From Saonia sp. (GTDB lineage: Bacteria > Bacteroidota > Bacteroidia > Flavobacteriales > Flavobacteriaceae), in NCBI GenBank assembly GCA_049670505.1, contig JBATTK010000133.1, positions 4,681 to 68,680 of the forward strand: DNA of 64,000 nucleotides. Reading direction: 5' to 3'. Position 1 is the first letter of the stretch. Each line of letters begins with the position of its first letter. The position numbers and the translations under genes were made by a program. The notes under the pieces were generated by a model. That model had not been told where the DNA came from and did no database searches. It worked only from the letters and a program-made list of their open reading frames with translations. Positions 1-12,938 of the stretch are shown in pieces.

Positions 1-2297
1 CAGCAAAAAAGGAAGAAGTTAAGGAGGTTGCCAAAGCCCCTGTACCTAAAAAAGAAAAAGAAGCCCCTGTTGTTGAAGAAAAGAAGGAAGTTGAGGTCCC
101 TGAGGAAGCAGCAGCTAAACCGGAGACCATAACTACAAAGTATAAGAAGCTGTCCGGACCCAAAATAATGGGGGATAAGATAGATCTTACCAAGTTCGAA
201 AAACCAAAGAAAAAGAAAGAAGCCCCCAAGCAGACCCAAAAAGACTCGGATGCCGCCGCCGATAGAAAGAAAAGAAGAAGACGTATCGTCAGTAATAAAG
301 GTAATGGTAGTGGCACAGGTGTTGCAGGCAGAGGTAAGCCAGGTGTAAGAAAAGCACCCGGACAACGTTTTTCAACGGTTTCCAAGGTAGAGCCTACAGA
401 GGAAGAAGTTCAAAAACAGGTGCGGGAAACTTTGGAGAAACTGCAGGGTAAGTCCAAAAAAGGAAAAGGCGCTAAATATAGAAGGGACAAAAGAGATCAG
501 CACCGTCAACAGACGGAGAAAGATTTGGAACAGCAGGAGCTGGAGAGTAAAATTCTGAAGGTAACGGAATTTGTTACCGTAAACGAAGTTGCTACCATGA
601 TGGATGTTTCTACGACAGAAATTATTTCGGCCTGTATGTCCCTTGGAATAATGATGACCATGAACCAGCGTTTGGATGCGGAGACCCTGTCCATTGTTGC
701 GGACGAGTTTGGTTATGAGGTAGAGTTTGTAACCGCGGATATAGATGAGTCTATTTTGGAAGACGAAGATGCGCCTGAAGATTTAAAGCCCAGGGCCCCT
801 ATCGTTACCGTTATGGGCCATGTGGATCATGGTAAGACATCTTTATTGGATTATATTAGAAAAGAGAATGTAATAGCCGGTGAAAGCGGTGGTATTACAC
901 AGCATATAGGTGCATATGGAGTAACGCTAGAGGGTGGCCAAAAAATCACATTTTTGGATACTCCGGGTCATGAGGCCTTTACGGCCATGCGTGCCCGTGG
1001 CGCACAAGTAACGGATATTGCTATCATAGTAGTTGCAGCTGACGATGATATTATGCCGCAGACCAAAGAAGCTATAAGCCATGCACAAGCAGCCGGTGTT
1101 CCTATCGTTTTTGCGATAAATAAAATAGATAGGCCAACGGCAAATCCGGATAAAATTAAAGAAGGGCTTGCCGCAATGAATCTTTTAGTAGAGGATTGGG
1201 GAGGTAAAATACAGTCCCATGATATTTCTGCCAAGACCGGTGATGGTATTAAAGATCTTTTAGAAAAGGTATTGTTGGAAGCGGAACTTTTGGAGTTGAA
1301 GGCCAATCCGGATAAACTGGCAACAGGAACCGTGGTAGAGGCATTTTTAGATAAGGGTAGAGGTTATGTTTCAACCATATTGGTGCAGGCGGGTACCCTT
1401 AAGATAGGAGATTATGTGTTGGCGGGTATATGCAGTGGTAAGGTGAAGGCCATGCAGGATGAACGAGGGAAAAATGTAAAAAAAGTAGGACCGTCCACCC
1501 CCATTTCCATACTAGGTCTAGATGGAGCGCCCCAAGCTGGTGACAAGTTCAATATTTTGGAGGATGAAAGGGAGGCCAAACAGATTGCTGCTAAAAGAGG
1601 ACAATTACAAAGGGAACAAACCGTTAGGACGCAACGTCATATTACACTGGACGAAATAGGCCGAAGAATCGCCTTGGGCGATTTCAAAGAGCTGAATATC
1701 ATTCTTAAAGGAGATGTAGACGGTTCAGTGGAAGCGTTGACCGATTCTTTCCAGAAATTATCTACTGACGAGATTCAAGTAAATATTATACACAAAGCCG
1801 TTGGTGCCATAACCGAATCCGATGTGTTATTGGCCTCGGCTTCTGACGCCATAATCATAGGATTTAATGTAAGGCCAATGGGTAATGCTAGGGCCATAGC
1901 GGAAAAGGAAGAAATAGATATTAGAATGTATTCTATTATTTATGATGCGATCAATGATCTGAGGGACGCCATGGAAGGAATGCTTTCGCCGGAAATGAAG
2001 GAGGAAATTACAGGGACTGCCGAAATTCGGGAAACCTTCAAAATATCAAAGGTCGGTACCATTGCCGGCTGTATGGTGACCAGTGGAAAAATATTCAGGA
2101 ATTCCAATATCAGACTTATCCGTGATGGGGTTGTCATCTATACCGGGGAATTGTCATCCTTAAAACGATTTAAGGACGATGTCAAGGAAGTGGCCAAGGG
2201 ATATGATTGCGGTCTGCAGGTGAAAAACTACAATGACATCAAAGAAGAGGATATTGTTGAAGCCTTCCAGGAAATCGCCGTTAAGAAAAAGCTCTAA
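1..2297 (+). CDS. infB: translation initiation factor IF-2 (5' end lies outside the window)
   Basis: The frame is open from nt 3 through a Lys/Glu/Pro-rich N-terminal region (..[22 protein letters not shown]). GTPase motifs [13 protein letters not shown] and NKID are present. Stop at 2295-2297. The listed ATG at 168 is internal. Confidence 0.95.
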   Translation, partial: AKKEEVKEVAKAPVPKKEKEAPVVEEKKEVEVPEEAAAKPETITTKYKKLSGPKIMGDKIDLTKFEKPKKKKEAPKQTQKDSDAAADRKKRRRRIVSNKGNGSGTGVAGRGKPGVRKAPGQRFSTVSKVEPTEEEVQKQVRETLEKLQGKSKKGKGAKYRRDKRDQHRQQTEKDLEQQELESKILKVTEFVTVNEVATMMDVSTTEIISACMSLGIMMTMNQRLDAETLSIVADEFGYEVEFVTADIDESILEDEDAPEDLKPRAPIVTVMGHVDHGKTSLLDYIRKENVIAGESGGITQHIGAYGVTLEGGQKITFLDTPGHEAFTAMRARGAQVTDIAIIVVAADDDIMPQTKEAISHAQAAGVPIVFAINKIDRPTANPDKIKEGLAAMNLLVEDWGGKIQSHDISAKTGDGIKDLLEKVLLEAELLELKANPDKLATGTVVEAFLDKGRGYVSTILVQAGTLKIGDYVLAGICSGKVKAMQDERGKNVKKVGPSTPISILGLDGAPQAGDKFNILEDEREAKQIAAKRGQLQREQTVRTQRHITLDEIGRRIALGDFKELNIILKGDVDGSVEALTDSFQKLSTDEIQVNIIHKAVGAITESDVLLASASDAIIIGFNVRPMGNARAIAEKEEIDIRMYSIIYDAINDLRDAMEGMLSPEMKEEITGTAEIRETFKISKVGTIAGCMVTSGKIFRNSNIRLIRDGVVIYTGELSSLKRFKDDVKEVAKGYDCGLQVKNYNDIKEEDIVEAFQEIAVKKKL

Positions 2298-2401
2298 ATT
2301 TCAGTATTGCTGATATAAAAGCCCTAGTTTTTATTGGAGAATGCAATTGGCATCGCCCTTTAGAAAAGGGAGGTGTCCTGGTCATACAGGATAGAAGGGA
2401 G

Positions 2402-2773
2402 TTATTTGGTCTTTTTTTCCGGTTTAAGCAACATGGCGCTAGGATATTTTTCCCGCACCTCAATAAGTTTTCGCTCCCCTTCTAATTTTGTTTTAAAACG
2501 CCCTACCCGGACACGGTAACTTGGGGATTCAAATTTGATCATGGAAGACCAACCGGGAAAGTCCACACCCACTTCGGATTTTATTTTTTGGGCTTTTTCA
2601 TAGGAACCGAAAAACACCTGAATTTGGTAAAATTCTGAACTTTCGTTGGCGGACTTATAAATGTTCAACAAATCCCCTATTTTTTCATCCTGTTGAATGT
2701 TAATGGTGCCTTGTTGAGCATAAGTAAATGATGATAAACATATAATAGCCAGTATGTTGACAAATATTTTCAT
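2402..2773 (-). CDS. SPOR domain-containing secreted protein
   Basis: Signal peptide MKIFVNILAIICLSSFTYAQ. C-terminal SPOR-like pattern (YQIQVFFGSYEKAQKIK ... YRVRVGRFKTKLEGERKL). Confidence 0.7.
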   Translation of the reverse strand: MKIFVNILAIICLSSFTYAQQGTINIQQDEKIGDLLNIYKSANESSEFYQIQVFFGSYEKAQKIKSEVGVDFPGWSSMIKFESPSYRVRVGRFKTKLEGERKLIEVREKYPSAMLLKPEKKTK

Positions 2774-2890
2774 AGTATTTTACAATTTAGTTTCTATAGG
2801 TAATACAAAAGTAAATTTTTAAAGATCAAACAAAAGATTTATTGCTTATTTAGAATTAGTATAAATTATAAATTATCAATCCCTTAACAT

Positions 2891-2920
2891 TTCGCAAATA
2901 AAGTCTATGTCGTATTTTTG
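2891..2920 (+). promoter_or_regulatory. candidate Bacteroidota-type promoter for the ACIII operon
   Basis: TATTTTTG at 2913-2920 matches the -7 box TAnnTTTG. The -33 element is imperfect (TTCG at 2891-2894). The site lies 86 nt upstream of the actA ATG. Support is motif match only. Confidence 0.3.
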
Positions 2921-3005
2921 CCTTCAATTTGAGCGGCGATATTTTAGCCTTACTTTCCTAGTAATATAAATATCGTGCCAAGATTTCGATAGAAATATTT
3001 TTAAT

Positions 3006-4388
3006 ATGAAAAAGGTTCCATACCGCAATCAAATTTCTAAAATTTTAGGTATCAGCTTAGTAGCTTTTCTACTCTCTTCAACCTTCCTTATTGCACAAGA
3101 CGAAACTCCGGCCCCGGAAACTGAGGCCGTTACGGAGGAAACTACCGATGCCTCCGGCGGGGATGCTGCCAAGGGGAAGTCGTTGTTCAATCAAAATTGT
3201 GCGGCCTGTCATGCTTTGAATCGAAAAATGACCGGACCTGCGTTGGCAAACGTGGAGTCCAGGCTTGCTTCCGAAGAAGGGTTGGATAGGGAATGGCTCT
3301 ATGCCTGGATAAAAAATAGCGCAGGGATGATCAGGTCGGGTGATGCCTATGCCAATAAAATTTATGCGGAATATAACCAATCCGCCATGACCGCTTTTCC
3401 AACCTTGTCCAATGCCGATATAGACGATATTTTGGCATATACGGCAGCACCGCCACCAGAGCCTCAAGCGGCTGCGGGAGGAGCTGTGGCCACTGGAGAG
3501 GGAGCCGGGCAGGCTACAGGTATATCCAATGAGATTATTTTAGGTGCTTTGGCCATGGTATTTGGGCTCTTGGTCGTGATGTTGATTTTGGTGAACAAGA
3601 CTTTGCGAAGAATTGCTGAAGCCAATGGTGTTGTATTGGAAAAGGAGAAAGCCGAAAAGCGCACTCCTATATGGAAAGCATTCGCACAGAACCAATTCTT
3701 GGTTTTGGTATCTTCAATATTTCTGTTGTTGGGCAGTGCATATTTTGCTTATGGATGGATGATGCAGGTAGGTGTAGATCAGGGATACGCCCCCATCCAG
3801 CCTATTCATTACTCGCATAAAATTCATGCCGGAACCAATAAAATCGAATGTAAATATTGCCATTCTTCCGCCAGGGTATCCAAGCACTCGGGCATACCTT
3901 CTTTGAACGTATGTATGAACTGTCATAAATCGATTTATGAATATACGGGCGGCGCCGAAGGACCAACACAGGAAGATTTGGCCAATGGTTACACCAATGA
4001 GTTCTATACCGGTGAGATAAAAAAATTGTATAAGGCCGTTGGTTGGGACGAAGAAAACCAAAAGTATACCGGTGAGTCACAACCGGTGGAATGGGTGAGG
4101 ATTCATAATTTACCGGATTTTGCCTATTTCAACCATTCCCAGCACGTTTCCGTCGCCGGCATAGAGTGTCAAACCTGCCACGGACCGGTAGAAGAGATGG
4201 AGATTATGTATCAATATGCTCCATTGACCATGGGATGGTGCATCAATTGTCACAGGGAAACAAATGTTAAAGTAGAGGGCAATGAGTATTACGCAAAAAT
4301 ACATGAAGAGCTTTCCAAAAAATATGGAGTCGATCAACTTACTGCAGCACAAATGGGTGGGTTGGAATGTGGAAAGTGTCATTATTAA
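3006..4388 (+). CDS. actA: alternative complex III multihaem cytochrome c subunit (ActA-like, with an N-terminal monohaem domain)
   Basis: One CAACH site, then a TM segment, then five CxxCH sites (CKYCH, CMNCH, CQTCH, CINCH, CGKCH). First gene of an act-type cluster. Confidence 0.85.
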   Translation: MKKVPYRNQISKILGISLVAFLLSSTFLIAQDETPAPETEAVTEETTDASGGDAAKGKSLFNQNCAACHALNRKMTGPALANVESRLASEEGLDREWLYAWIKNSAGMIRSGDAYANKIYAEYNQSAMTAFPTLSNADIDDILAYTAAPPPEPQAAAGGAVATGEGAGQATGISNEIILGALAMVFGLLVVMLILVNKTLRRIAEANGVVLEKEKAEKRTPIWKAFAQNQFLVLVSSIFLLLGSAYFAYGWMMQVGVDQGYAPIQPIHYSHKIHAGTNKIECKYCHSSARVSKHSGIPSLNVCMNCHKSIYEYTGGAEGPTQEDLANGYTNEFYTGEIKKLYKAVGWDEENQKYTGESQPVEWVRIHNLPDFAYFNHSQHVSVAGIECQTCHGPVEEMEIMYQYAPLTMGWCINCHRETNVKVEGNEYYAKIHEELSKKYGVDQLTAAQMGGLECGKCHY

Positions 4389-4422
4389 TCAAATTTAAGC
4401 AGCTAATTACAGAGATATACGT

Positions 4423-7566
<3,144 letters not shown>

Positions 7567-7602
7567 TCAATAAATAAAGTAACGTAACTATAATAAAAAT
7601 TT

Positions 7603-9348
7603 ATGGCGTCGCATTACGAAGCACCTATACGAAAACCCCTAGTACTTGGAGACAAAGGCTACCACGATGTAACCGTGGATATTGCCGCTCCGGTAGAAGG
7701 AAAAGCCAATAAGCATTGGTGGATAGTTTTTTCCATTGCTTTAGCAGCGTTCCTTTGGGGTGTCGGTTGTATTATCTATACCATTTCTACGGGTATCGGT
7801 ACTTGGGGATTAAATAAAACGGTAGGCTGGGCCTGGGATATTACCAACTTTGTTTGGTGGGTAGGTATCGGTCATGCCGGAACCTTGATCTCGGCGGTAC
7901 TATTGTTGTTCCGGCAAAAATGGAGAATGGCCATTAACCGTTCCGCGGAGGCCATGACCATCTTTTCTGTAATACAAGCGGGACTATTCCCCATTATTCA
8001 TATGGGACGTCCATGGTTGGCCTATTGGGTATTGCCCATTCCCAATCAATTTGGTTCCTTATGGGTAAATTTTAACTCACCCTTACTCTGGGATGTATTT
8101 GCAATATCCACCTATCTATCGGTTTCCTTGGTATTCTGGTGGACAGGTCTATTGCCCGATTTTGCTATGATACGGGATAGGGCGGTAAAACCTTTCCAAA
8201 AGAAAATATACAGTTTATTGAGTTTTGGTTGGAGTGGTCGTGCAAAGGATTGGCAACGTTTTGAGGAAGTTTCCTTGGTATTGGCCGGATTGGCAACACC
8301 GCTGGTACTTTCCGTTCATACCATCGTATCCTTTGACTTTGCTACATCGGTAATTCCGGGATGGCACACCACTATATTCCCGCCATACTTTGTTGCAGGT
8401 GCGGTTTTCTCCGGGTTTGCCATGGTAAATACACTGCTCATTATCATGAGAAAGGTATGTAGTTTAGAGGCTTATATTACCGTACAACATATAGAACTGA
8501 TGAACATCGTTATCATGATTACGGGTTCTATTGTTGGTTGTGCGTATATTACCGAGCTTTTTATGGCGTGGTACTCCGGAGTGGAATATGAGCAGTATGC
8601 CTTCCTTAACAGGGCTACAGGGCCTTATTGGTGGGCGTATTGGGCAATGATGACCTGTAATGTGTTCTCACCACAATTCATGTGGTTCAAAAAATTGAGG
8701 ACCAGTATCATGTTCTCGTTCTTTATCTCCATTGTGGTGAATATAGGAATGTGGTTCGAGCGTTTCGTAATTATCGTAACTTCATTGCACCGCGATTATC
8801 TCCCATCTTCTTGGACAATGTTCTCGCCCACATTCGTAGATATAGGAATATTCATTGGTACCTTGGGATTCTTCTTCGTACTTTTCCTATTGTATGCCAG
8901 GACTTTTCCGGTAATTGCTCAGGCGGAGGTGAAGTCTATTCTGAAATCTTCGGGTGAAAAATATAAAAAATTAAGGGAGGCCGGTCAGCCTTTATATCAA
9001 ATTGAAAAGCGTGGAACTGTTTCAAAAAAAGAAATCATCACGGATGATGTTCTAATGGGTGAAGTAGTTCCTAAAGTAGGGGATAAAGTAGGCGTGAATG
9101 AGCTTTTAAGTTCCCTTGGGGAATTCGACCCTACAAAACAGTCCCCCGATGACTTAAAGAAAGTAAAGGGAATAGGCCCTCAAATGGAGGTCACCCTTAA
9201 TCAGATAGGTATATATACGTTTGCCCAAGTGAGTAGAATGACCGAAAAGGAATACAACTTATTGGATTCCATCACAGGTTCGTTCCCAGGTAGGGCGCAA
9301 CGCGATGATTGGGCGGGACAGGCCAAAATTTTAAACAACAATAAATAA
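7603..9348 (+). CDS. actC: alternative complex III ActC (NrfD/PsrC-type quinol-interacting membrane subunit) with a 141-aa hydrophilic C-terminal tail
   Basis: Polytopic hydrophobic core typical of the NrfD family, in the expected position between actB and actD. Tail occupies 8923-9345. Confidence 0.85.
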   Translation: MASHYEAPIRKPLVLGDKGYHDVTVDIAAPVEGKANKHWWIVFSIALAAFLWGVGCIIYTISTGIGTWGLNKTVGWAWDITNFVWWVGIGHAGTLISAVLLLFRQKWRMAINRSAEAMTIFSVIQAGLFPIIHMGRPWLAYWVLPIPNQFGSLWVNFNSPLLWDVFAISTYLSVSLVFWWTGLLPDFAMIRDRAVKPFQKKIYSLLSFGWSGRAKDWQRFEEVSLVLAGLATPLVLSVHTIVSFDFATSVIPGWHTTIFPPYFVAGAVFSGFAMVNTLLIIMRKVCSLEAYITVQHIELMNIVIMITGSIVGCAYITELFMAWYSGVEYEQYAFLNRATGPYWWAYWAMMTCNVFSPQFMWFKKLRTSIMFSFFISIVVNIGMWFERFVIIVTSLHRDYLPSSWTMFSPTFVDIGIFIGTLGFFFVLFLLYARTFPVIAQAEVKSILKSSGEKYKKLREAGQPLYQIEKRGTVSKKEIITDDVLMGEVVPKVGDKVGVNELLSSLGEFDPTKQSPDDLKKVKGIGPQMEVTLNQIGIYTFAQVSRMTEKEYNLLDSITGSFPGRAQRDDWAGQAKILNNNK

Positions 9349-9349
9349 T

Positions 9350-9880
9350 ATGGCATCTAAAGTTATACAGGCATTTTACAACGATGACGACATATTGATG
9401 CATGCGGTCAAAAAAGTAAAAGCTGCCAAGCATCATATAGAAGAAGTATACTGTCCGTTCCCCGTACATGGTCTGGACAAGGCAATGGGACTGGCACCTA
9501 CTAGAATAGCGATAACATCTTTTTTGTATGGCTGTGTAGGGCTTATAGTGGCTATAGTTATGATGAATTATATGATGATCGGTGATTGGCCGCAAGATAT
9601 TGGAGGTAAGCCAAGTTTTAGTTATATAGAGAATATGCCCGCATTTGTGCCGATTATGTTTGAGCTGACCGTCTTCTTTGCGGCCCACTTAATGGTAATT
9701 ACCTTTTACCTTAGAAGTAGGTTATGGCCCTTTAAGGATGCGGAAAATCCGGATGTACGTACCACGGATGATCATTTTATTATGGAAATTGAAGTACATG
9801 GGAATGAAAAGGAATTGCAGGAGTTATTGGCGGATACCGGTGCGGTGGAAATAAATATTTCAGAAAAAAGTAGTCATTGA
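9350..9880 (+). CDS. actD: alternative complex III ActD (DUF3341-type membrane subunit)
   Basis: 176 aa with two TM segments. Position in the cluster fits. Its stop overlaps the next start (ATGA at 9877-9880). Confidence 0.8.
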   Translation: MASKVIQAFYNDDDILMHAVKKVKAAKHHIEEVYCPFPVHGLDKAMGLAPTRIAITSFLYGCVGLIVAIVMMNYMMIGDWPQDIGGKPSFSYIENMPAFVPIMFELTVFFAAHLMVITFYLRSRLWPFKDAENPDVRTTDDHFIMEIEVHGNEKELQELLADTGAVEINISEKSSH

Positions 9881-10437
9881 ATATGAGCAGTTTTAGCAAA
9901 ATAGGAATCGTATTGGGATTGGTTGTCTTGGTTGTTTCATGTGCGGACAAGAATAGTCCAAACTATCAATACATGCCCAATATGTACGAAGCGGTAGGTT
10001 ATGAAACCTATCAGGAGGTAGGTTTTCTCCCCAATGGAGCCGAAGCTTTGACCCCGGTTGAGAATACCATAAAAAGGGGATGGATGCCATATGGTTTTGA
10101 AAATACCCCTGAAGGAAAGGAATCGGCAAGATTGGATATAAGCCCGTTGGATTCCTTGCAGAGCGAAGGGAATTTGGCAAAAGGGAAAGAGTTGTACAAT
10201 ATTTACTGTGCCATTTGTCATGGCTCCAAGGGCGATGGAAAGGGCTATTTAGTGGAACAGGAGAAAATACTTGGTGTTCCAAGCTATGCCGATGCTGCGC
10301 GTAACATTTCTGTAGGTAGTACATATCATACCATGTATTATGGACTAAATTCTATGGGTTCTTATGCGTCCCAAATGAATAATGAGGAACTTTGGCAGGT
10401 TGCGGAATATGTAATGAAATTAAAGCAAGATTTATAA
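9877..10437 (+). CDS. actE: alternative complex III ActE (monohaem cytochrome c lipoprotein)
   Basis: Lipoprotein-type signal (LVVLVVSC). Single CAICH haem site. Position in the cluster fits. Confidence 0.8.
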   Translation: MNMSSFSKIGIVLGLVVLVVSCADKNSPNYQYMPNMYEAVGYETYQEVGFLPNGAEALTPVENTIKRGWMPYGFENTPEGKESARLDISPLDSLQSEGNLAKGKELYNIYCAICHGSKGDGKGYLVEQEKILGVPSYADAARNISVGSTYHTMYYGLNSMGSYASQMNNEELWQVAEYVMKLKQDL

Positions 10438-10461
10438 ATAACGTAGAGAACTCATAATAAT

Positions 10462-11796
10462 ATGTACACGTTTTCAAATAGATTAAAAATCGGTTCCTTC
10501 ATTTTAATGGCGGTAGGCCTATTATGTATCGGTATCGGTTTCGTCTCTGCACCTACTACAGTTGCAGATGCTAAAGCCATGGTAGCCGACCATAATGGAG
10601 GTCATGGTGATGCTCATGGCGAAACGGCTTCACACGGAGTTGTTGCCGAAGATCATGGGGACACGGTAGCGCATGGCGAAGAACATAGCGCATCCCATGA
10701 TGAGCATTTATTACATCAGTTGCAGAACAGGCCATGGTCTGCGTTATATGTCGCTGCTTTCTTCTTTATGATGATAGCCTTGGGCGTATTGGCGTTCTAT
10801 GCCATACAAAGAGCCTCACAGGCAGGCTGGTCCCCATTATTGTTTCGGGTGATGGAAGGTATAACGGCCTATTTGGTTCCAGGTGGTATCATTGTTTTTG
10901 TAATTTTGGTGTTATCCGTATTACATATGAACCATTTGTTTGTTTGGATGGATGCGGATGTAGTGGCACATGATAAACTATTGCAGGGTAAGGCAGGCTA
11001 TTTGAACAGTACTTTCTTCTTGGTGAGAGCGGCTATTTTCCTAGGGGGATGGATATTGTATCGCGAGTATTCCAGAAAATTTTCCTTGGCACAGGATGAG
11101 GCCGATGATAATTCGAATTTCAAAAAGAATTTTAGGATTTCGGCAGCCTTTTTGGTATTTTATTTAATAACGGAATCCATAATGTCCTGGGACTGGATCA
11201 TGAGTGTAGACCCACATTGGTTTAGCACTTTGTTCGGCTGGTACTTATTTGCCAGTATGATCGTTTCTGCAGTTACCGTAATTGCGATGGTTACGATCTA
11301 TCTGAAATCAAGGGGGTATTTGGAGAATGTAAACGATAGTCATATTCACGATTTGGCAAAATTCATGTTCGGTTTCAGTATTTTTTGGACCTATTTATGG
11401 TTTTCCCAGTTTATGTTGATATGGTATGCAAATATCCCGGAAGAAGTAACCTATTATGTTACCCGGATCGAGGATTATAATTTGCCGTTCTTTGGTATGG
11501 TAGCCATGAACTTTATTTTTCCCATATTGTTGTTGATGAACAGTGACTATAAAAGAATCAACTGGTTCGTAATTATGGCCGGTATTGTTATTCTTTCAGG
11601 ACATTATATAGATATATTCAATATGATAATGCCAGCTACCGTGGGAGACCAATGGTATATAGGGATTCCCGAAATTGGAGGAATACTGTTTTTTGCCGGA
11701 TTGTTTATTTTTTGGGTGTTCAGGGCACTTACCAATGCACCTTTACAGCCCAAACGCAATCCGTTCATTGAGGAAAGTAGGCAATTTCATTATTAG
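10462..11796 (+). CDS. actF: alternative complex III ActF (second NrfD-like membrane subunit)
   Basis: Polytopic membrane protein of 444 aa following actE. His-rich loop at aa 43-85. Confidence 0.8.
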   Translation: MYTFSNRLKIGSFILMAVGLLCIGIGFVSAPTTVADAKAMVADHNGGHGDAHGETASHGVVAEDHGDTVAHGEEHSASHDEHLLHQLQNRPWSALYVAAFFFMMIALGVLAFYAIQRASQAGWSPLLFRVMEGITAYLVPGGIIVFVILVLSVLHMNHLFVWMDADVVAHDKLLQGKAGYLNSTFFLVRAAIFLGGWILYREYSRKFSLAQDEADDNSNFKKNFRISAAFLVFYLITESIMSWDWIMSVDPHWFSTLFGWYLFASMIVSAVTVIAMVTIYLKSRGYLENVNDSHIHDLAKFMFGFSIFWTYLWFSQFMLIWYANIPEEVTYYVTRIEDYNLPFFGMVAMNFIFPILLLMNSDYKRINWFVIMAGIVILSGHYIDIFNMIMPATVGDQWYIGIPEIGGILFFAGLFIFWVFRALTNAPLQPKRNPFIEESRQFHY

Positions 11797-11834
11797 TAGT
11801 AGTAGAGTTTTTAAAGTATAACATAGATCATACA

Positions 11835-12893
11835 ATGACTGCATTATTAACAATAGCTGTTTTAATCCTAGTGGCAATTGCAATTTGGCAAATGACCAAA
11901 ATTTTTGAATTGTCCCAGGCTAAGGCAGATAATTCCCAAGTAGCGAACGATACGGATAACAAATACAACGGTTATTTGATGTTTGCGTTTTTAATATTTA
12001 TTTACGGAATTACCATTTTCAGCTTCTGGAAGTATACTAAAGTACTTTTGCCCGAGGCCGCATCCGAACACGGTGGGGATTATGACTATCTAATGTTGGT
12101 TTCCTTTGTCATCATATTTATTGTGCAGACGATAACACAGGCGTTGCTGCACTATTTCGGTTATAAGTATAGGGGCGAAAAAGGTAAAAAGGCACTTTTT
12201 TATGCGGATAATGATCGTTTGGAATTTATATGGACCATTATTCCCGTAATTGTTTTGGCCGGATTGATTCTTTGGGGATTATATACATGGACCAACATCA
12301 TGGATATCAATGAGGAGGACGATCCTTTAATCGTAGAGCTCTATGCACAACAGTTCAATTGGACCGCAAGATATGGTGGTGAAGACAATGTACTTGGTGA
12401 CGCTAGCGTTAGGATGATCGATATTGATAGGGCAAATGTGTTGGGTCTGGATGAATCAGATCCCAATGCGGCAGATGATATTATTGTAAAAGAGTTACAT
12501 CTACCGGTAGGCAGAAAGGTGAACTTTAAGATGCGCTCACAAGATGTATTACATTCGGCTTACATGCCGCACTTCAGGGCACAAATGAACTGTGTTCCCG
12601 GAATGATAACGCAATTTTCGTTTACGCCTTCTATCACTACGGAAGAAATGAGACAAAATCCGGATGTAGTGGATAAGGTAAAACGAACCAATACGATTAG
12701 GGCGGAGAGAGCTGCCAATGGAGAGGATAATTCAGATCCGTGGGAATTCGATTATATTTTACTCTGTAACAAGATATGTGGGAAATCTCATTACAATATG
12801 CAAATGAAGATTATTGTAGAGACCCAGGAGGAGTATGACAAGTGGATAGAAGGTCAACAGACTTTTGGTCAAACCATGACTCCCGCGCAATAA
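11835..12893 (+). CDS. ctaC: cytochrome c oxidase subunit II
   Basis: Two to three N-terminal TM helices. CuA ligand pattern HSAYMPHF ... CNKICGKSHYNM (C-x3-C-x3-H-x2-M). Confidence 0.9.
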   Translation: MTALLTIAVLILVAIAIWQMTKIFELSQAKADNSQVANDTDNKYNGYLMFAFLIFIYGITIFSFWKYTKVLLPEAASEHGGDYDYLMLVSFVIIFIVQTITQALLHYFGYKYRGEKGKKALFYADNDRLEFIWTIIPVIVLAGLILWGLYTWTNIMDINEEDDPLIVELYAQQFNWTARYGGEDNVLGDASVRMIDIDRANVLGLDESDPNAADDIIVKELHLPVGRKVNFKMRSQDVLHSAYMPHFRAQMNCVPGMITQFSFTPSITTEEMRQNPDVVDKVKRTNTIRAERAANGEDNSDPWEFDYILLCNKICGKSHYNMQMKIIVETQEEYDKWIEGQQTFGQTMTPAQ

Positions 12894-12938
12894 ACAAGGC
12901 TATAAAAAGAAAATTAATATAAATTAAAAAATTCGGTT

